Origin: Laetmonice hystrix | Lineage: Eukaryota | DNA: 64,000 nt | Assembly (NCBI GenBank): GCA_965235115.1 | Contig: OZ249436.1 | Coordinates: 17,918,001 to 17,982,000 of the forward strand | Reading direction: 5' to 3' | Part shown: in pieces, positions 1 to 13,295 of the stretch | How positions within the stretch are numbered: the first letter of the stretch is position 1 | Layout: each line of letters starts with the position of its first letter | Position numbers and translations under genes: made by a program | The notes under the pieces: generated by a model | What the model was told of the DNA's origin: nothing | Database searches by the model: none | The model's input: the letters and a program-made list of their open reading frames with translations, nothing else

Positions 1-1297
1 GTCGCAGTCAGTGGAGATCGGAAGGATGTGGACGGACGGTGTCGCAGTCAGTGGAGACTGGAAGGATGTGGATGGACGGTGTCGCAGTCAGTGGAGACTG
101 GAAGGATGTCGATGGACGGTATCGCAGTCAGTGGAGATCGGAAGGATGTGGACGGACGGTGTCGCAGTCAGTGGAGACTGGAAGGATGTGGATGGACGGT
201 GTCGCAGTCAGTGGAGACTGGAAGGATGTCGATGGACGGTATCGCAGTCAGTGGAGATCGGAAGGATGTGGACGGACGGTGTCGCAGTCAGTGGAGACTG
301 GAAGGATGTCGATGGACGGTGTCGCAGTCAGTGGAGACTGGAAGGATGTGGATGGACGGTGTCGCAGTCAGTGGAGACTGGAAGGATGTCGATGGACGGT
401 GTCGCAGCAGTCAGTGGAGACTGGAAGGATGTGGATGGACGGTGTCGCAGTCAGTGGAGACTGGAAGGATGTCGATGGACGGTGTCGCAGCAGTCAGTGG
501 AGACTGGAAGGATGTCGATGGACGGTGTCGCAGCAGTCAGTGGAGACTGGAAGGATGTGGATGGACGGTGTCGCAGCAGTCAGTGGAGACTGGAAGGATG
601 TCGATGGACGGTGTCGCAGCAGTCAGTGGAGACTGGAAGGATGTGGATGGACGGTGTCGCAGTCAGTGGAGACTGGAAGTATGTGGATGGACGGTGTCGC
701 AGTCAGTGGAGACCGGAAGAATGTCGATGGACGGTGTTGCAGTTAGTGGAGACCGGAAGAATGTCGATGGACGGTGTCGCAGTTAGTGGAGACTGTAAGG
801 ATGTCGATGGACGGTGTCGCAGTTAGTGGAGACGGGAAAGATGTGGATGGACGGTGTCGCAGTCAGTGGAGACCGGAAGGATGTGGATGGACGGTGTCGC
901 AGTCAGTGGAGACTGGAAGGATGTGGATGGGCGGTGTCGCAGTCAGTGGAGACTGGAAGGATGTGGATGGGCGGTGTCGCAGTCAGTGGAGACTGGAAGG
1001 ATGTGGATGGACGGTGTCGCAGTCAGTGGAGACTGGAAGGATGTGGATGGACGGTGTCGCAGTCAGTGGAGACTGGAAGGATGTGGATGGACGGTGTCGC
1101 AGTCAGTGGAGACCGGAAGGATGTGGATGGACGGTGTCGCAGTCAGTGGAGATCGGAAGGATGTGGACGGACGGTGTCGCAGTCAGTGGAGACCGGAAGA
1201 ATGTCGATGGACGGTGTCGCAGTCAGTGGAGACTGGAAGGATGTGGATGGACGGTGTCGCAGTTAGTGGAGACCGGAAGAATGTCGATGGACGGTGG
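1..1297. repeat. Minisatellite, 40-bp unit (43-bp variants), ~32 copies, truncated by window start
   Basis: Unit gtcgcagtcagtggagactggaaggatgtggatggacggt; explains the six overlapping ORFs at 11-1360. Confidence 0.97.
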
Positions 1298-1687
1298 TTG
1301 AGCGGGGATGAAGATGACACCGGACTGGTTGGATGCACACTTGGTGCCGCAGTGTTTTAAAGTAAGCCGCTGCTCCAGGCTCTTACATGGTAGTGGTCGT
1401 CAGATTTATGAATGCGCTGCGTTCACTTATGGGCCAATGTTTGCCGAGAGTGTCTTGGCCGTCTTAGGCACTAAACGGCCGGGCACAGGCGACGCTCGTC
1501 CACGTAACTGGGTCATTGCGCCACATTACCGTCACGATCAATATACAACCTCACGGCTACGGGCGCCAATCTCCCCCCACCCTTCCTTACCCCCCCCCCC
1601 CCCCTCCTGCCACCACCGACCGCTCCCAACCCGCCAACCACAGGTCCGCACCTAAGCCTAATCCTAATCCTTCTACCTGGTGCACAG

Positions 1688-1804
1688 ATTACCACAGAAT
1701 CTCACTACACAGACTGTTAATCCGGGATCCGCCGATAGAAGGTACGGAAGGCGGCTGTGGCATTGGCAAGGAGGAGAGGACAATGTACGAACTTCCATGG
1801 GAAT
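1688..1804 (+). CDS. Candidate internal exon, product unknown
   Basis: tgcacag| acceptor and GAAT|gtgagt donor; other acceptors possible; another donor AAA|gtaagc at 1362. Confidence 0.25.
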
Positions 1805-2533
1805 GTGAGTCTCAGGGTCGAATCAAAGCACATCCCTGACACCATCGTCAGGGGAGAAATCACATGATGCAATACCTCCGATCCGATCCTGTCTCGAGCC
1901 ACACACGTCACAGATCCTGGCGCCACATTTTATGTTTTTATATCTTGAAGCCCTTGTATCTCTCGATTTGGAAGTCATGGAATGGTGGCTCCATAGAGCT
2001 CCATGACTCCTACCAACTACTGCCTTATTCCTCCAGATGACTAGATGACTAGGGGGGCGAATTCCTTCGATCGTTTATGATTTACGTGGGATGTGATCGG
2101 AGGTTGGGAGCCTGTTTTCCTGGTATCTCCATGAGTGAAGCCTCCATGGTATAAAGTGCTCCATATTGACGGGAAGGCTTCGGGAGATAATGCTGTAGTG
2201 CTGTTATACAGGAAGATAATGATTATAAGTCACAGTGTTATAAACGATTTATAATTGTACACGCTAGTGTTGTTATTATAATTATGTATTTGAAATTATT
2301 TATAATTGCAACGCTAGAACGCTAGAGTCTGCGGCAAACATAAACTACTTCTCAAGGAGGGAACAATAGTCGCACTGTTTTAATGATTTAGTATGACTTG
2401 CTTGTTTTGGAGTGTGGCGAGTATAACTTGTTATGTGGGAGTGTCCAATGACCATGACTATGATTTTATTATGTGGGAGTTCATGACTATGACTTTGTGT
2501 TGGGATGTTTATAAGAAAATATAATTTTGTTTT

Positions 2534-2805
2534 GTGGGTGTTCCTGAGCAGGACTTTGTTGTGTAGGTGTTCCTGAGCAGGACTTTGTTGTGTGGGTGCT
2601 CCTGAGCAGGACTTTGTTGTGTGGGTGCTCCTGAGCAGGACTTTGTTATGTAGGTGTTCCTGAGCAGGACTTTGTTGTGTGGGTGCTCCTGAGCAGGACT
2701 TTGTTGTGTAGACCTGTGCTCCTGAGCAGGATTTTGTTGTGTGGGTGTTCCTGAGCAGGACTTTGTTGTGTAGACCTGTGCTCCTGAGCAGGACTTTGTT
2801 ATATG
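2534..2805. repeat. Minisatellite, 29-bp unit (longer variants), ~9 copies
   Basis: Unit gtgggtgttcctgagcaggactttgttgt; explains ORF 2345-2989. Confidence 0.93.
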
Positions 2806-2887
2806 TGGAAGGGGTTCGGAGTAAAACTTTGTTATGTAATAAAGTCTTTTTGAAGGAAGGAGGTGGCCCCGTTATGTGGGTGTCCAG

Positions 2888-2949
2888 GTGTACAGGATGG
2901 TGCTGGATGCACTCAGCTCGCTTTGCACCTGCTCTCCAATCAATGTCAG
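2888..2949 (+). CDS. Candidate internal exon (62 bp), product unknown
   Basis: gtccag| acceptor and CAG|gtgagt donor; all three frames open (e.g. VYRMVLDALSSLCTCSPINV). Confidence 0.35.
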
Positions 2950-3091
2950 GTGAGTCGTCCCACAGGTGCAAGTCTCTTATCGGCCACACATCAATAATTC
3001 ATCAATAACCTATCAAGGCGAGTGATTGGATGAGGTGCATCCAATAACAGTATGGAGGTCATGACGATCGACTACGCTGGACCAGTCCTAG

Positions 3092-3210
3092 ACCACTGAT
3101 GGACCACTACTGGACCACTGATGGACCACTACTGGACCATTGATGGACCACCACTGATGGACCACTGAAGGACCACTGATGGACCACCACTGATGGACCA
3201 CTAATGGACC
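3092..3210. repeat. Short tandem repeat, ~11-bp unit ggaccactgat/ggaccactact
   Basis: Direct reading. Confidence 0.85.
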
Positions 3211-3675
3211 ATCGCTCGCCTCTGCTGAGCACCCCCCAACTAAGAGTGATTTGGGCGTGAGTCGATCCACATTCAGAGGACTAACATGGCCACGCCCAGG
3301 ACGCTACGGGTGCATCCAAATTCCTCCATTCCCACGCTTAAAACGCTACACCCACAATCCCTGGAAGTCTGATATAGATGGCGGATTATTTCAAGGATTT
3401 CCATCTTTCCTTGTCGTTTTTTGAGCTTCTCTTTCCTGTCGTTCTCTCAAATTTCACAATCACACCTTTCTCGCCAAATCAACACGTTCCGAGAGAGAAG
3501 GAATAACTGTCACCTTTGCTCCTTATAGGGTCGGGTCCATGGAAAATCCTTTCAAAATCCAAAATGATTGCCAAGTCGTTCACCCCTGCATGTAACCCCC
3601 ACAACCCGTTTCCCACCATCACCACACACAAAGAAAGGTGTTGGTGGGTTCTCTAGCTGCCTCCAGCTGGTTCCT

Positions 3676-3830
3676 GCATGTCTTCCCAGGCGCCAACCTT
3701 GGATCCGGGCGTGTCTTCCCAGGCGACAACCTTGCATCTAGAGGGTGTCTTCCCAGGTGTTAACCTTGCATCTGATCATGTCTTTCCAGGCGCAAACATT
3801 GCATCTGGCCATGTCGTCCCAGGCGCCAAA
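3676..3830. repeat. Degenerate ~28-bp tandem repeat
   Basis: catgtcttcccaggcgccaaccttg variants, 5-6 copies. Confidence 0.75.
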
Positions 3831-4654
3831 CTGGTCATTTTCAATAAATGAGTACTCGGTATTATGTGACGGCTATTGTGCACAAAAGGTATCAATAGAT
3901 AGCTGGGGACTCCTCTTAATTGGTACACCAAGATGTGGATTGTCACACTTAATTATCTTGGCATATTAACCCCCTGAATCTGGATTACCTTTTTTGATAC
4001 GCACTGTAGATCTGGTCGCTCCCCTTGAGCATCTTTTCATGACGTTTGTTGGTAAGAACTAGAGATTTACAAGTATTCCTAGCTCCACAACTAATCGCCT
4101 GGATCCGCCCCTGCAACCCTATTTTGGGGTATTGGTAACGTAGTTCTTGCTGCAGCATGGTGGTTATCACTGGGTGCTTCGGTTTCTTGCACTGGTAAAA
4201 CTGATGGATTCAATCTCAGTGTTAACACCAACGCTCCGCAGCAAGGATCCTACTTTGGTCTCAGATAAAAGGAAAATGCATAGAAGCGTACGCCAGTAGC
4301 ATGTTTTATAAACAAGGATCATCAATGTATTGCTAGTTGAACATGACACCGCCTGTGAATGAATCTACACGTAAGGGGGCAACAGCTGTCTCATTCTCAG
4401 TCATGACTAAAACAGCAGCCATGGCTAAAACAGCAGCCCTGCATGCAAGCCTCCATTAATGATCTGACAAGTATCAACATCAGAAAGTTGATTCAGTTGC
4501 AATCCGCCCGGCAGATCAATTTCTGTTGTCAGGTCCACAGTCGACGTGTCAACTTTCAGACTATTTATTTTCAACGGTTTGTTTTTGTCCGCTGCAGTGA
4601 CTGGAAGCAAGACACCAAGCTTCGCCGGAACAAATGCCGAAACAATTCTCGACC

Positions 4655-4850
4655 CATAACGGAACTTTCCGGAAATATCGTGTGTAGAACTGCAGCTGTT
4701 TCTATTTTTGAAGGTGTTTTGGGTTAACACTACGACCAGCCAATCAAAGGCCCTCCTAGACTACGCTTTACGTGGTCAACTTCAACTCATCGGAGTCCGT
4801 AAACCAAGCTTTCCTTGACCAGCCAATCAGAGACCCTGAACCAGGTTTCA
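4655..4850. promoter_or_regulatory. Promoter-like segment
   Basis: Two gaccagccaatca CCAAT boxes (~4735 and ~4817) and ttccggaa near 4667. Confidence 0.3.
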
Positions 4851-5061
4851 GACCTGAAGGCTAAGCACTATCGTATTAAAAACAAACTGGGCCCTCCTAT
4901 ATAATAGAGTAAGCGATGGTATTAATACGCATAATATAGCATGTATATCCTGCTAATCTATTCCCACCCACGCCGCTATTGGTCACCTCGACGGATTCGG
5001 AAAAGGTGTGCTTCATGTCTCACAGTCTGAAGACTGCAGCCTATTAGAGTAATTTAAAGAC

Positions 5062-5712
5062 TGGTAGAATTACGGGTCAGCGACTGTTAGCTGTGAGACG
5101 TAAAACTAGGAGAAGTGCGGGTCAGAAACTGTTAGCTGTGAGACGTAAAAACCGGTAGAATTACAGGTCAGCAACTATAGCTGTGAGACGTAAAAACTAG
5201 TAGAAGTACGGGTCAGCAACTGTTAGCTGTGAGACGTAAAAACTAATAGAAGTACGGGTCAGCGACTGTTAGCCGTGAGACGTGAAACCTAATAGAAGAA
5301 CGGGTCAGCGACTGTCAGCTGTTAGGCGTAAAAACCAGGAGAAGTACGGGTCAGAAACTGTTACCTGTGAGACGTAAAAACCGGTAGAATTACAGGTCAG
5401 CAACTATAGCTGTGAGACGTAAAAACTAGTAGAAGTACGGGTCAGCGACTGTTAGCTGTGAGACGTAAAAACTAATAGAAGTACGCGTCAGCAACTGTTC
5501 GCTGTGAGACTAAAAACTAGTAGAAGTACGGGTCAGCGACTGTTAGCTGTGAGACGTAAAAACTAGTAGAAGTACGGGTCAGTAACTGTTAGCTGTAAGA
5601 CGTAAAAACTAGTAGAAGTACGGGTCAGTAACTGTTAGCTGTGAGACGTAAAAACTAGTAGAAGTACGGGTCAGCAACTGTTAGCTGTGAGACATAAAGA
5701 ACTAGCTGTGAG
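5062..5712. repeat. Minisatellite, 46-bp unit, ~14 copies
   Basis: Unit tagaagtacgggtcagcaactgttagctgtgagacgtaaaaactag. Confidence 0.96.
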
Positions 5713-6850
5713 ACACGCAGCTGGCACTGAACGCCATCCGCAGCGTTCGGTCGAAATGAATGCCCAGGGAACGGAACCCGAGCAGAGCTGGCTCTGTCAG
5801 AGATCAATATATGGTATTGGAAAGAAATGTTCCCACGGGTCTGGTGGCCGAGCCGGCAAGTCCTCCACACAGCCAAGTCTGCTGGAGGCAGTATGAGGTT
5901 TAGTTGGGACGGGAGACGCCAGCTTATTGGATGTCTTGGTCTCATTTATAGGTTCATACAATCATGTCAAGCACGTCTATCGTATGGAGTGGGTGGAATG
6001 TGTGAGGGTGTGGGACTGGGAAATGTGACCCATGGGGCTTGGGGGCCGGGGGGGGGGCGGGTTGGGGACATGGGCCAGGGGAGGGGGCAGGGAGACAGGG
6101 AGATAGAGGAGGGAGGGGGCAGTTCGGTAAAATTCATATGGTTGGGGGGGGGGGGTATAAGTCTTGGTGGATGGGAAAGGAAGAAAGAACGAGAGGGAAA
6201 AAAAGAAAGAAAGAAAGAATTACTATCTGGGGAGATAATAAAGGGTTTTGCGCAGGGAATGATCCACCAGGAAAGCACCCACTACAAAAACACCAGAATC
6301 CATCCACTAAATCAGATTAAGTTTGCCCCGACTAAAAAGGATTCTTGCGATGTAATGCGATACGTATAAATCTCATCATGTTTAGGAGGAGAGTGCCAGC
6401 CTCGGAAACTCTCATTTCGCCTAATGCAGCTCGCTCTCTTAAAACGTGCACCATTACCGTCGGATTATAGAGTCATCGAGCCTCTTTCGGAGGCGTCACT
6501 TATCAAAAGCAAATAAACAATAGGGCATAGAAAATAGCGGGCACGCGTAGTTTTTGTCCAGCAGAGGGCCGTTACAAACAATATGTAGCGCTCTAAGGTC
6601 CGGCCCGTCGCCAAGGGTGCCACAGAGTCTTTGACAAAACTGTTTTTGTTATGGTATAATGAATTTTAGAACGGCTAATTAACTATAATAAATGCGGGCG
6701 TGACATTATACCAATTACAATCTCCCACATTTTCCACTTTTTTAGTCTTTATAACGATACTTTTCCTTCGCCGCATGTTACAGGATCCGTGAGCAATTTT
6801 ATCAGGGCGTGGTGGTTTCCACTGACTCATCTCTCTCTCTTCCTCTCTCG

Positions 6851-7047
6851 NNNNNNNNNNNNNNNNNNNNNNNNNNNNNNNNNNNNNNNNNNNNNNNNNN
6901 NNNNNNNNNNNNNNNNNNNNNNNNNNNNNNNNNNNNNNNNNNNNNNNNNNNNNNNNNNNNNNNNNNNNNNNNNNNNNNNNNNNNNNNNNNNNNNNNNNNN
7001 NNNNNNNNNNNNNNNNNNNNNNNNNNNNNNNNNNNNNNNNNNNNNNN
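6851..7047. other. Assembly gap (N run)
   Basis: N characters. Confidence 1.
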
Positions 7048-7267
7048 CAACGCCCACCGTGTAAGTGAATCTGCTAACGTTAAAACGCCCAAGGTAAGAT
7101 ATCTTAATTGTTTCCAGTTACACACAACCACAGTTCCTACGCCCTGTAATAATGCCATCATTCTACCCGGCCTCAGCTAACTGTCGGTAATTTTATCTAG
7201 CGTCGGTTACTTCTCCATAGTAATATTCCCATGAAAAATCTTGGTTAGGAGTTACGGTGAGGGGCAA

Positions 7268-7500
7268 GTATAGGGACGGGGATAGGGTTAGGGGCAGTGT
7301 TAGGGTTAGGGGCAGGGTTAGGGTTAGGGGCAGCGTTAGGGTTAGGGGCAGTGATAAGAACATGGATAGGGGTAGGGGCAGGGTTAGTGACAGGGGGCGG
7401 GGATAGGGTTAGGGGCAGGGATAGGGCTAGGGGCAGGGCTAGGGTTAGGGGCATGGATACGGTTATGGGCAGGGAAAGGGTTAGGGACAGGGTTGGATAA
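7268..7500 (+). repeat. Degenerate telomere-like G-rich tract (gggttaggggca-type units)
   Basis: Multiple TTAGGG/CTAGGG/ATAGGG mixed with GGCA. Confidence 0.8.
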
Positions 7501-8838
7501 GGATAAGTCTGGAGATCGGAGAAATGGGTTAGAGTTTTGTGCCCGTTCGTTATTGATAGTTAGTTTTACCCACCAAGTTTTGTGAAGACGTTATCATGGT
7601 GACTGCCCGTTCCCAGTAAACCCCTCCCACTGTAGCAATATCATGTTCTCCCATCTAGCAACATAAGGCAAGCACAAAACTAGAAAAAAAATGGCTATTT
7701 TTCCATGGTCCGATAAGATTACCAAAGACATTTACATTGTTACTTTGCCATTCTTTCTAATGATAAAAGAGTGTAATTTTAGGTCTTTGTTCGCAGTATA
7801 TATCAACCATTTTGAAAAGTCTTTGTGCATGGTCGCAGACATTTCTTGGTGGATTATATCATCACCCACCTCCTGCCACTAAACGATAAAACGTCCGCTT
7901 TATTCTCTATGTATATAACACACCTGATCCGAACAAATCTCTTCAACCACCTCTGATATTAACTATGTGTCCCGAGGGTACAAGGTTTTCACATCACACC
8001 ACAATTTATGGCACCGTTTCGTGAATGTAATTTTAAGTAGCGGCGGTTTAAATAAAAAAGTGGTTCAAGTCGTTAGATCCATCATCCCGACATCCCCAAT
8101 ACTTCACTCTGATTAAAAAAAGCCACGTACGTTCAATCAAGCAGTTTACAATGCAGTTATTTTGGCAACCCATCCTGCTTGATTAGAATTGGCTGAAGTA
8201 ATAGCTCTTTTCATGCTGATTACTTGCCGTAATATTTCACAATCAACACACAATTACACGAAGCAGATGTATTGCCGAGATCCCAATCAACCAGAACCTT
8301 CACTATGTAGACTCTCCAAAGTCTACATTAGGAACTAAGGAGTCCCTAAAGTACAAACCGTGGATCATGTATGGAGACTGTGACGATAGTGTGATACACA
8401 TGATCGCAGACTTGTAATCCCCCTGCTGTAAATGCCTACGAGTATGATCTAAAAGTCACGATGTTATATTTACTTGCGAGTGTTCGAGTGGGTTTTAACT
8501 ATCAATGTCAGTTAGAACAGACTGGAGCATCTTTGAGTTTTGTGACATATTCCTGGTAGAATCGAATTTACCATTTGCAGCATCTTTCTCCACTCTTCAC
8601 GCCAAACAATATAATATAATGAAAACCCACGCGAACACGTATTCACGTTGAAAGATACAAACACGTAACGAGAGGAAAGTCCTTCACTGCGGGAAAGTAT
8701 GGAACGAGATGCCTGACGCATGAATACGGCACGTCACCGAAGGTGGAGTGCCGCATTCACGCGCCAAGTATCGAGTTCAGTTTATTAACTTTTACCTATA
8801 TTCTATCCGCGGGGCCACGGGATGGGGCGGTTTGTTAA

Positions 8839-9410
8839 AGGGAAATGTGAGTGTTCAAAGCGCCACCTAGTGAGCCGCGTTGGTACCACGGGGAAAATGT
8901 GAGTATTCAAAGCGCCGCGTAGTGAGCTTTAAAAGAAAACTGTTTGGCTTATTTATGCAGTCAACTAGGTTGATCTGGAAATCAGTAGTATTTTTTAAAC
9001 ACTGAACCAAACTGTGTGCCAGAACCTGTCTACTCCATTGAATGCTATAGTTAAGACCCGTGTTTTACCAAGGCACTGACTGTTTGGCAGGCTGTAACTT
9101 TTTTGTTGATTCGGTGACCCCCATTTTTTTTTGTTTTAAACTATTAGTCTTGGTCCACTTTATCTTGTCACCGAGTTTCAGGAGAAAATTGGTGGTCATT
9201 TTTTAACTATTAGTCAAAATGTCTGAAAAATCCTGTTTTTCCCATTGAAACCTATAGTAAAGACCCATTTTTTACGGAGGCCTGTATAAAAAAATCTAAT
9301 TCGGTGACATATGATTTTTTTTGTTTCTTTGTACTCCTAAGGACAAAGGCTATCCCCCATAAAAATATTTTGAAAATTCTAGTGGTGGATTCGAACACTC
9401 ACATTTCCCT
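8839..9410. mobile_element. Non-autonomous TIR element with TTAA TSD (Kolobok-like), 572 bp
   Basis: TTAA at 8835-8838 and 9411-9414; TIR AGGGAAATGTGAGTGTTC / GAACACTCACATTTCCCT; single TTAA at the empty site in copy B. Confidence 0.9.
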
Positions 9411-9549
9411 TTAAGTGGACACCCTCCCCCCATTTTTCTATACGATGCTTACAAAGTGGTAGCAAACTGAGGAGTGGGGGCTGTTGTTGGAACAGCCTAG
9501 CGTAACTTATAATACATGTTCCGGCGCTTCCATAGAGCCTCGTAGTTAA

Positions 9550-9876
9550 AGGAAATCTGTCCAAAAATTGAAATAAATGCAGTCAATTCTTCTAGCAGTC
9601 TGGTACTATGGCCCAATCCGTTGCTTAGTAACAACCGCCCTAACAATGCTAACGCGGTCATGGTGGTCGTTCTCGGTTCTCAGTCCATTGAGATAGGGAT
9701 GTATCGCCTCATTATGGCTCATAATCAACAAAAGACCTATAGCACAACAATGTTATGGATACGACAGAATGTTTTATCAGTCCAGTGGGATAGATTCAAG
9801 ATCAGACAAGCTTGAAATACGCGGATTCGTAGGAGATGGGGACAAAACTCGGCGGCCGTAGGGTGATCGATTACCT
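9550..9876. mobile_element. Second TTAA-flanked insertion (Kolobok-like), 327 bp
   Basis: TTAA at 9546-9549 and 9877-9880; short imperfect TIR AGGAAATC / GATTACCT; absent from copy B. Confidence 0.75.
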
Positions 9877-11207
9877 TTAACGTCACATCACGTAGATACA
9901 ATCAGTCCGTATGGAACACGCGTTCCATACGGACCACCGTATGCGCCCCCTGGCAGTGGCAGACCAATGCGTATATAATAAAAAGGGGAAAGGATTCAGT
10001 ACACCTACCCAAAATAACTCTTATACAATTCATGCACCTCAGCGTAAATTCATGAAGAAATTTTAGTAAAATATTAATTATCTTTGGTTGGTTTAGGGCT
10101 GAGAGGTGGCCAAAGTTTACGATGATTGAGATTAGTTTACGACTTGCCATGTCAGTTTGATAGGGTGGGGCTGATCATGGAATGAGTGTCGACTTGTTTA
10201 TGAAGGTATTATAGTTAATTGTCCTCGCTCCTGCCTAATGACGAGGGCCTCAGGGTCACGTACTATCCCTGAATTATGCATATTAATGTAGACTGCGAGC
10301 ACGTGGTTATCTGTGGGATGTATGAGTAGGAGCCAGCACGGCCTATATAATGTGATGTACGATCGCTCGGTGACAATCTGTGTTGACAAAGGCACGGTAT
10401 TATATCATGGGGCCTACACTCTCGACACCTTCAGACAATTTTCACATCGGGCAGTAAAATCAGTCAAATGGTGAGAGGCTCTCCCGAACGGTATGTGTCT
10501 ATAATAGAATCGTGTATGCCCCTCCTGAGTGAGTGAGTGAGTGAGGTTTTGCGCCATGTGGTCAGTATTTCAGCCATAATCAGGGCGATATGAACCATTT
10601 AGTTCAACCAAGGGACCTATTGTACTTCTCCCGAGTGATGATCAGGATGAAGTGAGAAAGAAGCCTGCCACCGGGAGGCGATTCTCTAGTCTTTTCGAAA
10701 AAATGGCACGGGGGTCTTTCTCTACCCAGGCACACAGACACGGCTGGACCTTTGATGACCCGGTTACGGAGCACTGGGGAGGAACAGCGAGATAAATGGT
10801 ACTGCAAGGATGCAAACCCATCTGTGCCACACAGAGGATTTTGCAGTTTGACACACGACAATTTCCCCAAACCTCCCCTCGCCCCAATGTTCGCCTTTCA
10901 CCAACAGCCAGGTGTTTTATAATATCCTATAACAGATTAAGACACCACACTGATATGAATTTGTAAGTCTGATGCTACCAGTATACACCAGTAATATATT
11001 ATACCTCATGATAATGAGGCTCACACTCGTGGCTGATATATTGTGCTAATATATTTCTCTAATATCGAGTGATACCCACAGTTGATATCCTTGGTTAATA
11101 TCAAATGTTATCTCCCTCTGATATCTAGTCCTCTATATGTGTGCTTCATGTTCAATAATTAACTGCCAGACATGCTTGAATCGACGCAATTTACTCGTCA
11201 CCATTTT

Positions 11208-11380
11208 AAAGTCAGACCTCGTTTATCCGAACAGCTTGGTGCCCATTAAAATGTATTCGGATTGTAGAAAATACGGATTACTGAATCATTTTAAATAGAA
11301 AATGGTAGATTATACCAGAAAGTGTGTTCGGATTGTGAGGTATACGGATTAAAGAAGCACGGATTAACGAGATTTACTTT
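11208..11380. mobile_element. Degenerate MITE with Tc1/mariner- or pogo-like ends
   Basis: Imperfect inverted ends aaagtcagacctcgtttatccg / cggattaacgagatttacttt; internal cggatt repeats. Confidence 0.45.
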
Positions 11381-12331
11381 CTCTGGATATTCCATGACCG
11401 GGAAAATACTCTTGTAATTAAAATAAGAAACAAATAGAGCAGAAAAACGCTAAATGTTGGCAGCGTCTACAACACGGCCTTTGTATGCCCGGTAAGCAGA
11501 AACCGTGCTTTGTTCCACTATTACCATGGTTACCGGCCGGAGGGAGCACAAACTACCGTGACTATCACGCAAACAGACCAGCGGGGCTTGTCACGTGGGG
11601 TCAGGTGATCGTTCTGGACCAATAATCAGCCGCGGAATCCATACCGAGGCTACCTCATGGTTCAGGGTGAAAATTCGCGACCCGGCCCTTCGAACTTCCC
11701 TGAAATCTTACAAATGGCACCTCGTTTATCGCTCAGACAAGGGGGTAGAAGAAATACTATTTGATGTAATAATTTCAATTACAATTTTACATTGAATGAT
11801 AAAATTGTAATTGTATAATAAAATACAATTTTATCAATTTTAAATGAATAAGTTTTAAATGAGAAAGGACGTGCCAGAATGGGGGTTCATGTAATGGTGT
11901 AGAAGTGATTGTAGCTATGAGTGGATGATTGCCATTATTCATATTGTATAAACTAATGAGGCTGTACCAAGTTGGATATATCTATGCACGGACAGTGTGA
12001 CTTACCATTCAAATTATTATAACAATGGGGGCGCCTTGTTTCTCACATACCGATTAAATCAATTGTCTTCCTACATGATTAATGCACCCACAGAAGCCTT
12101 TGTGTCGGAATCTCCCCGAACACCTGTTTATGACAAATACGTCGGTTTCTTTACATACGAGACGGCCACGTTAGGATACCTACTGGATCAATGTCCCTGT
12201 AAGAATAGGTTAATTTACATATTCGCCAGCGCGGTTGTTATCGTGGAAATGTCTAATTATGGTGGATTTGTTTTTTTACGGACCGTATAAAGTCAGACAC
12301 ATCCGTACACGTCCGTATACACAGCAAGCCT

Positions 12332-12910
12332 GGTTCAGGTCAGCCAGCAGGGATTTCATTCACGTTCAGGTCAGCCAGCAGGGATTTCAATCACGTCCAG
12401 GTCAGCCAGCAGGGATTTCAATCACGTTCAGGTCAGCCAGCAGGGATTTCAATCACGTTCAGGTCAGCCAGCAGGGATTTCAATCACGTTCAGGTCAGCC
12501 AGCAGGGATTACAATCACGTTCAGGTCAGCCAGCAGGGATTTCAATCACGTTCAGGTCAGCCAGCAGGGATTTCAATCACGTTCAGGTCAGCCAGCAGGG
12601 ATTTCAATCACGTTCAGGTCAGCCAGCAGGGATTTCAATCACGTTCAGGTCAGCCAGCAGGGATTTCAATCACGTTCAGGTCAGCCAGCAGGGATTTCAT
12701 TTACGTTCAGGTCAGCCAGCAGGGATTTCAATCACGTTCAGGTCAGCCAGCAGGGATTTCATTCACGTTCAGGTCAGCCAGCAGGGATTTCAATCACGTT
12801 CAGGTCAGCCAGCAGGGATTTCAATCACGTTCAGGTCAGCCAGCAGGGATTTCAATCACGTTCAGGTCAGCCAGCAGGGATTTCAATCACGTTCAGGTCA
12901 GCCAGCAGGT
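12332..12910. repeat. Minisatellite, 31-bp unit, ~18-19 copies
   Basis: Unit ttcaggtcagccagcagggatttcaatcacg; explains ORF 12235-12969. Confidence 0.97.
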
Positions 12911-13295
12911 CTAGCCCTGGAGAAGGGAGCTATAGACACACCCTGTCCCTAGATCTGAAGGGGGTATAGACGCACCCTGTCCCCAGCCCTGGAGGGGTAT
13001 AGACCCGCCCTGTCCCTAGCCCTGGAGGAAGGGTATAAACGCACCCTGTCCCTAGCCCTGGAGGGGGTATAGACCCGCCCTGTCCCTAGCCCTGGAGGAG
13101 GGGTATAGACGCACCCTGTCCCTAGCCCTGGAGGAGGGGTATAGACCCGCCCTGTCCCTAGCCCTGGAGGGGGTATAGACACACCCTGTCCCTAGCCCTG
13201 GAGGGGTATAGACACATCCTGTCCCTAACCCTGGAGGATGGGGTATAGACACACCCTGTCCCTAGCCCTGGAGGAGGGGGGTATAGACACACCGT
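12911..13295. repeat. Minisatellite, ~34-37-bp unit, ~10 copies
   Basis: Unit tagacacaccctgtccctagccctggagg(ag)gggta; abuts the 31-bp array. Confidence 0.95.

Larger units (their letters stand above)
8654..9978. mobile_element. Two-hairpin dispersed element, copy A, split by two insertions
   Basis: Segments 8654-8838, 9411-9549 and 9877-9978 are colinear with 40990-41530. Confidence 0.85.

Noticed and set aside
11-1360. Long ORFs of 150-271 aa
   Set aside because: All three frames are open with the same rotating peptide, the signature of a stop-free 40-bp repeat
3966-4730. Possible piggyBac or hAT element (TTAACCCCCTGA start; cctggatccgcccctg hAT-like end near 4100)
   Set aside because: No matching partner ends or TSDs found
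9383-9400. tRNA B-box-like GTTCGAATCC on the minus strand
   Set aside because: Lies in a MITE end with no A-box or cloverleaf; no tRNA or rRNA gene seen in the window
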